DNA of 32,000 bases from assembly GCF_043950625.1 (NCBI RefSeq), contig NZ_CP171007.1. One strand, given 5' to 3'. The stretch's first letter is position 1; each line of letters starts with the position of its first letter. Positions 6,606 through 15,400 of the stretch are shown here, one piece after another. Both the position numbers and the translations under genes were made by a program. Source of the stretch: Alkanindiges sp. WGS2144 (lineage in GTDB: Bacteria; Pseudomonadota; Gammaproteobacteria; Pseudomonadales; Moraxellaceae). The notes under the pieces are model-generated. The model was not told the origin of the DNA. It made no database searches and saw only the letters and a list, made by a program, of their open reading frames with translations.

Positions 6606-9419
6606 TTAACTTAAGTCAATTACCCGACTATTAGTTACCTGTTGCCGAGCCACTGCTTCGAGATCCAATGCTGTACAGATTTCAATCTCATTAGGTGAGA
6701 TAACCTTGGCAAAGACCCTATGCCCTTGTATATTGCCTGACAAACGTATGTTGTGTTCAAACAACCCTGTCTCACCACGCTTTACACTTTTCTCTATGGC
6801 TGCTTGTGGTGCAGTGGTATAGCCCATTACCAGCACCCCATTTAATGGCTTACCAAGCTCTATCCATTGCTCATAGTTTTGACCACGAGCTAAAGCCACC
6901 TGGAAAATATCGCGCTTAAAAGCACCAACAAAATACTGAAATGGGCTATCAGTATTATGCTGTGCAGCATGGTTAATCACTTTCAACCGTTCACCATGTC
7001 CTAAACGCAGCAACCCTAATGCAACACCTGTTTTTGCGGTAGGGGCATAGGGGTTTTTTGGGTCGGCATCTAAAGGTAAATGGATTTCGAAAATAGGAAT
7101 TTCATTATCATCCAGGAAAATTTCTGCCCTGTCTGCTAACGAGAAGTCATGCAGTGCTTTAGATTTATCCTCTTCCAAGCATCCAAGTAAGCCCAATACG
7201 ATACTTGAACGACTTGAATTTCCTGCTAACAGAATATGCACTAATTCTGGTAGTTGCTGGGTTTGCTGTCTAAAAGCACCTTTTAAAGCGATAAAAAAGT
7301 TTTTCAAGCCCTGACGAATGCGATTTTCCAGGAAAGTAATTAATTCTTTCTGATTAATGTTGATTTCACAATCTACGGTTTTACCGTCTTTACTCATTAG
7401 TTTAAAGGTTTCTGTACCTTTGGAATCCAGGTCAATTTTTCCTGCCTCCCACAATGGACGAAGTTTTGACATCATCAATGTGGTATTGGTATAGGCAGCC
7501 TGTGTTTGTTCTATCAATAACTCTGAACCAGCAAAACTATCGGCATCAAGCGGTTTGGTAAAGGCTACATTTTTTTTACGACATTCACTGGCATTGGCTT
7601 GAAATACCAAATATGCCAGATTTTCTAGTAGATTTTCACCGCCCAAAAATTTATCGCCCGATGAGCCAAAATGCTCAATCACATGATCCCAGCCCTCATC
7701 TTCTTCTTCATCGGTAGGCAAACGATAAAAGCCATAATCAAAGTCTGTGGTACCACCACCAAAGTCAAATACAGCATAGGATACACCGCCATCATCAGGT
7801 TCAATTTCCAGCCGTTCCAGTGCGGCTGCGGCAAATGCGGCAGGTTCGGACGCTAGTTCTTCAACACTAAACTCATTTATCCGTGCATCATAAAGCAGGG
7901 CTTCTGGCAAGCTACGCTGTAAACCCCTACGGAATGCTGCCAAAATTTTGTTTTTAATATCATTTGGATATTCAACTGGAAAGGTCAAATAGTAATTGAG
8001 GAAAATCCCTCTTGCACGCCAGTTAATATTCATGCCCAGAAACCACGCATAAATCTCAATTGGGTCAAGCTCTGGGTAGTCTTTGCCCAGTTCTATCACC
8101 TTGCCCTTGACTGGGTTATATTCAGTCAAGGGTTTTAGCTGGTATTCATATTCCTGTTGGTCACGGATACGAACCTCTTGTTGTTCACCACGCAATGCCC
8201 ATTGTTTCAGGCGCAATAAAATACTACTCACCACGCTGCTATTGGTATCATTTTTACGCAGGTTGGCACGGGCTTCATGTGAACAGTGAATATTGTTCCA
8301 ATCAACCAGTGGACGGTATACTTCACTTTTCCATTCATTTAAAAATTCTTGTAAATCGATAAATTCCAGTACAGTTGGGTTTTCATATTGCTGGTCGGTA
8401 ATTTCATCCTGTGCAAAATGTTTTTCCTGCATTCCAATACGCAATAACTCGTCTTTACCATTGGCACGAATGGCAACTACGGTGCTACTGGTACCAAAAT
8501 CAATAGCCACGCTGGCTTCCCGAATATCTAAAGCAGGATTACGGTCACGGAAAAACTGGCTAGTCTGAACTTTGGTAAATTTATCCTGTAAGGCTTTGGG
8601 GGCATAGAATTCCCACATGCCTTGCTTAACATCGATAAAACACAAAGTGTCAATTTTGGGTAGGCGCGTAGTAGTGTAGTCGATACTTTGCCAGATCTCG
8701 GCAATACTTAACTCAGGCTTATAGTTATATACTTTCTCAGGCAGCTCAGTAATAGTTTTTGCGTTTTTATAAAGTGCATTAAAAGCTGCTGGATCATTGA
8801 TATTATATGGTTTATAACTCCACTTTCTTTTGGTAAAGGTTCTTAATGCTTCTACCGTACTGGGCTTCTGATTAAATAAGGAATTTAAAGCAATAATAAG
8901 TGCTTCTACCTGGCGAGGTGCCTTATCAGATAAGAAACCTGAAATACGAATATTAGCCACTGTGCTCGATATATGAGGATCATTGTAATCTAAATCTACT
9001 GCACCTGTATTAACTAACCAAGCATTGGCTCCTAATAGCCTGTAATTGCTTCCTGCATGAAGTGGAAAACGACTATCTTTAGCTATCCCCATTAATTGTG
9101 GTTTGGTCGGTAGTTTCCAGCCACTTAATCCACCTAAATTTAAGTGATTAGTTACTTCTTTAGCGGCACTGACGGAATAATAATTACTAATATCAGGCTT
9201 ACCTTGCCATAATAACCCTGTTTCTCTATCAAAAATCATTTCACCGTCATTCACCCACCAGTAGCGGTATTGTTCAAAATACGCTACGGCTGCGTCAGTT
9301 GCCTGTTTTAGGGTTTTGGGATCTTCTATCTTGTCATTTTGCAGTGCCATGGCTTCGGCAGTCGCAAGTAGCTTTTGATGTTTTAAGGTTGGTACAGATG
9401 TGTCAAAGGTTTGGCTCAT
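6606..9419 (-). CDS. Hsp70-like (actin-fold) ATPase with DUF1566/Lcl-C-like N-terminal domain, non-canonical
   Basis: Hsp70 phosphate-1 motif AIDFGTSSTVVA (about 8481-8510), phosphate-2 AVFDFGGGTTDFD (about 7740-7775), adenosine motif HILLAGNSSRSSIV (about 7203-7238). N-terminal DRETGLLWQG...GGLSGWKLPTKPQL resembles DUF1566. I chose the ATG at 9419 (MSQTFD) because AAGGA lies 8 nt upstream. The ORF-track start is 9473. Confidence 0.8.
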   Translation of the reverse strand: MSQTFDTSVPTLKHQKLLATAEAMALQNDKIEDPKTLKQATDAAVAYFEQYRYWWVNDGEMIFDRETGLLWQGKPDISNYYSVSAAKEVTNHLNLGGLSGWKLPTKPQLMGIAKDSRFPLHAGSNYRLLGANAWLVNTGAVDLDYNDPHISSTVANIRISGFLSDKAPRQVEALIIALNSLFNQKPSTVEALRTFTKRKWSYKPYNINDPAAFNALYKNAKTITELPEKVYNYKPELSIAEIWQSIDYTTTRLPKIDTLCFIDVKQGMWEFYAPKALQDKFTKVQTSQFFRDRNPALDIREASVAIDFGTSSTVVAIRANGKDELLRIGMQEKHFAQDEITDQQYENPTVLEFIDLQEFLNEWKSEVYRPLVDWNNIHCSHEARANLRKNDTNSSVVSSILLRLKQWALRGEQQEVRIRDQQEYEYQLKPLTEYNPVKGKVIELGKDYPELDPIEIYAWFLGMNINWRARGIFLNYYLTFPVEYPNDIKNKILAAFRRGLQRSLPEALLYDARINEFSVEELASEPAAFAAAALERLEIEPDDGGVSYAVFDFGGGTTDFDYGFYRLPTDEEEDEGWDHVIEHFGSSGDKFLGGENLLENLAYLVFQANASECRKKNVAFTKPLDADSFAGSELLIEQTQAAYTNTTLMMSKLRPLWEAGKIDLDSKGTETFKLMSKDGKTVDCEININQKELITFLENRIRQGLKNFFIALKGAFRQQTQQLPELVHILLAGNSSRSSIVLGLLGCLEEDKSKALHDFSLADRAEIFLDDNEIPIFEIHLPLDADPKNPYAPTAKTGVALGLLRLGHGERLKVINHAAQHNTDSPFQYFVGAFKRDIFQVALARGQNYEQWIELGKPLNGVLVMGYTTAPQAAIEKSVKRGETGLFEHNIRLSGNIQGHRVFAKVISPNEIEICTALDLEAVARQQVTNSRVIDLS

Positions 9420-9675
9420 GGGTTTTTCCTTAATGAAGAGCGTATAATTCAATTTATATTGGGTGTATTGCACACGCCCTTACTTGAACTCACTAGATAA
9501 TAAATTTTGCAGAAAGTGCCGCTCGTAACCTTGTTTGCTGTATGGCATTTTTTATATCTCCCAGCAATGAGCAATAGGTGACTGTTTCTATTTCATTACC
9601 CACAAGAGATTCTCAACATTCTGTTCATCGAATAGGCACCTAAAACTTAAATACCACTTTAAAACCATGTAAGAA

Positions 9676-10566
9676 TTATCGGGTCACGACAACCGCAGCA
9701 CGTACATTATCACACGCAGCATTACATAGACCTGCCAGCAACACCTGCTCTATATTGCCACCGCTGCCTGATACTTTTTGATGAATGTCATAGTCATAAT
9801 TTTCACCAATTTCAGGATCTTGCAGAGTTGCCTGGTTACTTTGCAAGGTAAGATTAAACAAAGCCAAACTATGCTCAAGGATAGTTCTTTCCGTTACAGA
9901 TATTGCTTGTTGGGTATTTTTGACCTGGGCGGCTAAAGCATCCCATATCCGTAAAACATTATTCCACTGAGATGCAATAGCTATCAGCTGCAAGATGTTT
10001 TCATCATGGTTAGGCAGTAGAATTTTACTTATTTCAGGATGTGCCTGAACTTGCTGTAAAAAGTCAAATTCGGGTTTTAGTGAACTTGCCCAATTAAATG
10101 AATCTAGTACTTTGTTTAAAGCATTTATTTTGCTGCCCATGCTCTCATTGTTTTGCATGAGCTGCTCATTTTCCTGATTTAATCGACTAATCTGTAGCTG
10201 TAACTGGCTCAGATCCTGTTCTTTACGTTTAAATAAACCCAGAAGTCCCATTTTTTCCTCTTCAAGTTGTTTATTGCTTTGTGTAAGCTGTGCTAATTGC
10301 TGACTTAAGCCATCATTATCCTGCTGTAGCACATAAATAAGCTGCTCAAGCTCTTTAAGCTTTGGATCTGAAAATGAATCCTTTTTTGCTTTTGCATCAC
10401 TTTGAAGTGGTAAAGCTTCATTCTGGTTTGATGTTCGATCAACCATATTGCGCAAAAATCGGCCCAACCTTTCTTGAAACACGTGATCGTCATTGGTTAA
10501 TTGCTCTATATGTGACAAGAATTGAGTGAGTACTTTTTTGCTTGGCATGCTGTCATTGTTTTCCAT
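9676..10566 (-). CDS. Coiled-coil protein with GrpE-like C-terminal domain (putative dedicated nucleotide-exchange factor)
   Basis: A long Q/L/E-rich heptad region precedes the C-terminus ...EIGENYDYDIHQKVSGSGGNIEQVLLAGLCNAACDNVRAAVVVTR. This parallels the GrpE beta-domain pattern G..FDP..H.A....g.V..v..GY......R.A.V.V. The assignment rests on motif resemblance only. Confidence 0.5.
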   Translation of the reverse strand: MENNDSMPSKKVLTQFLSHIEQLTNDDHVFQERLGRFLRNMVDRTSNQNEALPLQSDAKAKKDSFSDPKLKELEQLIYVLQQDNDGLSQQLAQLTQSNKQLEEEKMGLLGLFKRKEQDLSQLQLQISRLNQENEQLMQNNESMGSKINALNKVLDSFNWASSLKPEFDFLQQVQAHPEISKILLPNHDENILQLIAIASQWNNVLRIWDALAAQVKNTQQAISVTERTILEHSLALFNLTLQSNQATLQDPEIGENYDYDIHQKVSGSGGNIEQVLLAGLCNAACDNVRAAVVVTR

Positions 10567-10569
10567 GAG

Positions 10570-11502
10570 TTAGTCCAGGTCACCAATTAACACCTTAAAT
10601 TCCTGATGCACCTGTAACCCACTATGGTTGTGTACCAGCTCACGACATAAATCTAAAATCTTGTCCTGACTTGCTGCTGATAAAGCTACAAATTGACGTT
10701 TCTTTTGCTGTACCGTACTTAAATTTGGCGAATGATACGGTGATGGAACATGCGGTGCATTTAACACTCCAACAATTAGAGCCAGCTCATCAGGACGTAC
10801 CACATTCCAGAAGTCCTTAAAAATCACAGGTAAAAAGACCAGTAAACTTTCCAAGTCAGGCTGTTGCAGCTTTTGCAGCTGAGCTTTTGCCTCTGCAATA
10901 TGCTGTTGTAACTGCTGTTTGTCATGTTCCAGTTTATTTACTTGTTGAGCCAAGGCTTGCTCTGCATCCGAACGCATTAATGCAAGCTGCTCTTCAATCT
11001 GATTTTTTTCCTGACGTAAAGCGGCTAAAGCTTGCTGTTGATGCTCAATACTGTTTTCATGCCAGACCAATGGCAAAATATGATCTTGTACCCATGGGTG
11101 ATCGACCGTCTGAGTATCAAAAAATACCTGTTCGATATTTAATATTTGTAAAGCATATTGATAAATACTATCCCAATTGAGTATTTGCCATGTCTTACAG
11201 TGATATTCCTGTAAGTTTTTCACAGCATCAATAAATAGTTTATCTTGCCCCTGTTGGTAAAGCAGACTCACTTTTACTTTTTCTAAGCCATCTTTTAAAT
11301 TCAAGTTAGCAGAAATATCGCTTAATACATCTTTTAAGCTACTCGTCTTATCCTTGTGTAGATATTGCTGACTTCCTTTAATTTGAATTAGCTGCCAAGG
11401 TTCTGATTGCATACTTTGGTATGCGACCAGATGTTCTTTAAATGCTAAAATACATAGATAATGTTGTAAGTCATCGTTAGGGGCTGTTTTTTGTTTACTC
11501 AT
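10570..11502 (-). CDS. Hypothetical protein: N-terminal globular region plus Q-rich coiled coil
   Basis: Coiled-coil stretch QQQALAALRQEKNQIEEQLALMRSDAEQALAQQVNKLEHDKQQLQQHIAEAKAQLQKLQQ. The ATG at 11502 overlaps the upstream stop as ATGAGTAA, which suggests translational coupling. An alternative start is 11532. Confidence 0.6.
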   Translation of the reverse strand: MSKQKTAPNDDLQHYLCILAFKEHLVAYQSMQSEPWQLIQIKGSQQYLHKDKTSSLKDVLSDISANLNLKDGLEKVKVSLLYQQGQDKLFIDAVKNLQEYHCKTWQILNWDSIYQYALQILNIEQVFFDTQTVDHPWVQDHILPLVWHENSIEHQQQALAALRQEKNQIEEQLALMRSDAEQALAQQVNKLEHDKQQLQQHIAEAKAQLQKLQQPDLESLLVFLPVIFKDFWNVVRPDELALIVGVLNAPHVPSPYHSPNLSTVQQKKRQFVALSAASQDKILDLCRELVHNHSGLQVHQEFKVLIGDLD

Positions 11503-12196
11503 GGGTATAGTCCCTAAATTGAGTATTGTCATTCAATTCTTTTAAAATATTTGCAGTCGATTTATCTGGATTGATACTTTTTTCTGCTTCAATCAATTTA
11601 TCTTCCACGGCATTACGTTCATTTGATGAAAGTTTTCCATCAAAAAATTGAACAACATCAGAGATATTTTCAACTTTATCAAGGAAACTTGCTAAACGAT
11701 CTCCTGTAAAATAATCTGGTGATTCAACAGTTTTGGATAATAAGTCTCCTGTGCCTACCCCAAATTTTTCTTCAAAGCCCCAATACTGTACGCCAATACC
11801 TGCCGCCATTTTATCAAGGTCACTTGTTTCAGCAGATTTTTTAGGATCTAATTCAAAACTTTTAATCGCAGCCAGATATTCTTTATAGGTTGCATAGTTC
11901 TCAGGACTAATTCCATGATCTCGTGCCTGTATCGCACGATCACCAACTTCCTCTGTGGTTTCATTCGGTTCTAACATCCCTAAAATCTTGCTAATCACAT
12001 CTATCGCTGTGATCGCTTTTGCTAATGCCCCAGAAATAGGCAAAGCAAGTGCCAAAGCAGTAATAAATGAGCCTGAAGAACCACTTAATACATTGGAAAT
12101 CCCACTTAATACACTGGAACATGCACTGCTAACCGCAGAACAGACACTACTAAATGTGGAACTTACCGCAGAACAGGCATCACTGAACCAACCCAT
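11495..12196 (-). CDS. Ser/Cys-rich, hydrophobic-segment small protein (233 aa), long paralog; candidate membrane-active component
   Basis: N-terminus MGWFSDACSAVSSTFSSVCSAVSSACSSVLSGISNVLSGSS, then the hydrophobic stretch FITALALALPISGALAKAITAIDVISKILGML, then a soluble C-terminal domain. AGGAG lies 8 nt upstream of the ATG. It shares SPENYATYKEYLAAIKSFELDPK with the upstream 84-aa ORF. Confidence 0.65.
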   Translation of the reverse strand: MGWFSDACSAVSSTFSSVCSAVSSACSSVLSGISNVLSGSSGSFITALALALPISGALAKAITAIDVISKILGMLEPNETTEEVGDRAIQARDHGISPENYATYKEYLAAIKSFELDPKKSAETSDLDKMAAGIGVQYWGFEEKFGVGTGDLLSKTVESPDYFTGDRLASFLDKVENISDVVQFFDGKLSSNERNAVEDKLIEAEKSINPDKSTANILKELNDNTQFRDYTHE

Positions 12197-12208
12197 TTTA
12201 TTTCTCCT
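12158..12208 (-). repeat. Direct repeat copy A (5' end plus RBS of the 233-aa gene)
   Basis: ggaacttaccgcagaacaggcatcactgaaccaacccattttatttctcct is identical at 49 of 51 positions to 12414-12464, offset 256 nt. Confidence 0.85.
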
Positions 12209-12452
12209 GAAAATGTTTTTTTACGTCATCGAGACTTTCAATTTCATCCAATTCATCTGGAATTTGACTAAGTTGAGCACTACTTTTTTTAGAACTGACC
12301 GATTGTTTAACTAACTTCGGATCAAGCTCAAAATTACGAATATCCGCAGCATGTTTTTTATATGAGGCATTGTCTTCAGGCGTTTCCGATTTACTTGAAG
12401 ATGAATCCCATGCGGAACTTACCGCAGAAAAGGCATTACTGAACCAACCCAT
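12198..12452 (-). CDS. Small protein (84 aa), short paralog of the 233-aa protein that lacks the hydrophobic segment
   Basis: MGWFSNAFSAVSS... and TPEDNASYKKHAADIRNFELDPK align with the neighbour. It has the same AGGAGAAATAAAATG ribosome-binding/start context. Confidence 0.55.
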   Translation of the reverse strand: MGWFSNAFSAVSSAWDSSSSKSETPEDNASYKKHAADIRNFELDPKLVKQSVSSKKSSAQLSQIPDELDEIESLDDVKKHFQEK

Positions 12453-12464
12453 TTTATTTCTCCT
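12414..12464 (-). repeat. Direct repeat copy B (5' end plus RBS of the 84-aa gene)
   Basis: ggaacttaccgcagaaaaggcattactgaaccaacccattttatttctcct; see copy A. Confidence 0.85.
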
Positions 12465-15400
12465 TAAATTGATTGAATACCTTTACACATCTCGGCTATA
12501 TCTAGCCAAACATTTCCATTAGCCTTAATATTTTCTTCACCTAAAACCTGCTTGAGGGTATTTTCTGTATCTAAAGGTTCTAATAAATTTAACTGCACCA
12601 AATCCCACAATATTGCAAATAATTGCACTGCTTTTAATTTTACTGTTTTGGCGTTAAGTGTATAAATACGTTCAGGTGAGATCGGTGCAATATCTTCAAA
12701 CAATATCAATATTGTTGGTTTAACAGGCACAAATGTGTATTTTTCTGCCAATGCTTGCATTGCTTCAAAAGTACGAGCTTTCCAATCTAAATCCTCGGCT
12801 TTCATACTCATACGAATCAATAAATTTAACATTCTAGTCGCATCTACTAGATATTGATTAAAAACTTCTGCCCCAATCTCACTCCAATCATAGTGCTTGG
12901 ATAGCCTTGGATAGAGTCTTGCTCGTTGGGCAAACATGCGTTGTTGCCCAAGCTGCTTAATGATATCAACATCTATTTCAGGTGCATTGGTATCATTTGG
13001 TGTATGTACTTGTACCCTGACTGCTTCATGCCAACCTGCACTATAAACAATCGCTTCACCTGCGGTCAGCAAGGTTAAAAACTCTTTTTGTTCATCATCT
13101 AAACCAATCGTATCGCCAATCGCATGACGGTCATCAGCAGCAAATAGTCGATGAATAATTTTGGTATTGGTATTTTTTAAAACTTCTGGTGTCAATTTAT
13201 TCGGAATTTGATCAGCAATAATCAGACCTTCACCATATTTACGAACTTCTGCCAAAAGGTTAGCGAATAGTTCTACGCCCAAACGCTTAGAACTATCTTC
13301 CCCACCTTGTGGTTTAGATAACAAACGGTGTGCTTCTTCCAATAAAGTGAGATGTTGAAAACTATGGTCTTTTTTATGACGTTGTTTAACTGCTTCAGCC
13401 ACACGCCCAATCAGCAACCCCATCATTAAACATTTATCTTGTTCATCTCGTAAATCCTCCAACTCAATCACAACTTTTTTATCAAGCATCTCATTGATGT
13501 CAATTGAATTGCGAGTATTCAGCATCCGACCTTTTGCACCTGTGGTCAGATTATCTAAGCGAGAAATTAATGAACCTTCATATTTTTGCTGTAAATCAGT
13601 TCCAAAATTTTTAGATTTAATTACCTCTTTTAAGGTCAATAATACTTCGGAAAAAATAGGAAAACTTTGTCCACCACAATTCCAAGGATCAGGATAAATA
13701 TAGTTTTCATCATAATGAATATCCCAGCCTTTCTGCTCATAACTACGAACAATTGCATCTTCAATTAAATATGGCATTGAAGCTTCCATTGGAAATACTG
13801 CGGCAAATGTTGCTTTAAGCATGTCAATATGACCCGATAAAGGCTCATTCGGTAATAATTCAAATGGATTAAAACGAAATGGTGAAACTTTTTCATTACC
13901 CAAAGTATAATATTCAATTTCAGGATGATGCTTCGATAAGCTACGATATTCAGTTTTAGCAGGCTCAATAACCAAAAAAGGTAAACCTGAGTTAATCAAA
14001 ATCTGTTGGCAAGTGGTGGTTTTACCTGCTCCTGTAACCCCTGAAATAAAAATATGCTGATTGAGTAATTTTTTATCTAAACGCACCACATTATCTTTGA
14101 GCTTACGTCCATGCTGCACCACAACACCCAAATCAAAACCATCTTTTGGATTTACTGGATTTACTGCAAAATCAACATTTTTGCGTAATTTAATGCCTGC
14201 TACTTCACGACTTGGTAAACCTGCCAATAAGGAAAGCTCATTAGCATTAAGCCATGTTGCTGCGGAAAATGCCTGTTTAGCCTGTGGAATACTGTGAATC
14301 AATGCCAGTTGATTACTCATATTTGACTGTGGCAAACGCTGTACTAAAAATAGATTATGAACTTGTTTTTTTTGTAAAGAAAAATCCGTTACTTTAAGTG
14401 GCGAAAAATGCGATTGATTGCCCTGAAAAACGGATACCATCGCACGAGATAAACGATTATAAACGACAGGTGTTGGTGCAGCCAAATAGACTGCGGTACG
14501 GAACATACCTTTACTACGCCCTAAATCAAAACGCTCAATCAATTTGTCATTGATATGGCTTTGTACACGTTCAATCTTTTTATTCACGTATTCAAGGGTA
14601 TCTGACTTAGAAGAACCTGTATTTGTCCCTTGGGTTGTAGAGGTATTATCTGAATCAGTTTTAGAAATGGATTTACCTGTATTTTTTCCTACAGTTTGAG
14701 ATTCATTGGTACTTGTTCCATCTGCAATCGTCTTAGATGAATTTTTCCCCCAGTTGGTTGTATCACTACTACTAGAATAACTACTATTTTCCCCTTTAGT
14801 TCTGCTGCCTCCAGCATTATCTCCCTTTGAATGACTAACAGTTCTACTATCTCCAGTACCGTCAGTTTTAGAGATACTCGTCCCTGTATTCTTAGTTAAA
14901 CCGTAGCTACTACTTCTTCCTATAGTATTTGAAGTCGTAGTACTATCATTTTCACCCAACTGCTGTGAGCGTTTAATGTGTGGATGTAAATCTGATGACA
15001 GCTGCAATAGCTCATCAATCTGCTGATTAATTTCAAACTCCTGAGCAGGCTCAGCCACTAATAAAAGCTGCCAGATCTCACCTGATAAACCACGAGCAAG
15101 ACGATCTATTCCCTGTGTAATGTTGTGCCCAGTCTGTGATTGCTGGTCGATACTGCGAGAGGGTACGCCATGCAGCAACCCAAAATGTATCGACTCTTGT
15201 AATGGTTGAATGATTTTTACAGATAAATCTTCCCTGCTAACTTTTTCTAGTTGCACACCAGTCAAATTTCCTTCTAATTGACTGGTTAGAAGTTCACTAT
15301 ACTCATGTACACCCGATTTTTGAACCTTATTTACCACTCCTAGATAAAGCTCAATCCCTTCCGATGTGCCCGAAATATAGTATACCCAACAATAGTCAGG

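Noticed and set aside
6606-10566. Interpreting the Hsp70-like and GrpE-like genes as the housekeeping dnaK-grpE locus
   Set aside because: The composition is AT-rich and island-like, and the order and architecture are wrong (DUF1566-like N-terminus, 937 aa, no DnaK-type SBD or EEVD). No dnaJ is adjacent, and the pair is embedded among ATPase, HEPN and WYL genes.
11955-12314. 119-aa plus-strand ORF, and other plus-strand ORFs inside the cluster (7671-7856, 8083-8568, 10887-11180, 13494-13697, 14061-14297, 16650-16850)
   Set aside because: All are antisense to longer minus-strand ORFs that carry motifs. They lack Shine-Dalgarno sequences and recognisable features.
11495-12452. Ser/Cys-rich N-termini of the small paralogs as lanthipeptide or RiPP precursor cores
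   Set aside because: No LanB/C/M, radical-SAM, YcaO or peptidase/transporter genes lie nearby. The Ser/Cys-rich part is N-terminal rather than following a leader, and the 233-aa protein is too large.
14598-14957. Repetitive DNA in the ATPase gene as a CRISPR-like or VNTR array
   Set aside because: The frame stays open and the repeats are imperfect and visible mainly at the protein level (KNTG.SISKTD). There is no regular repeat-spacer periodicity.
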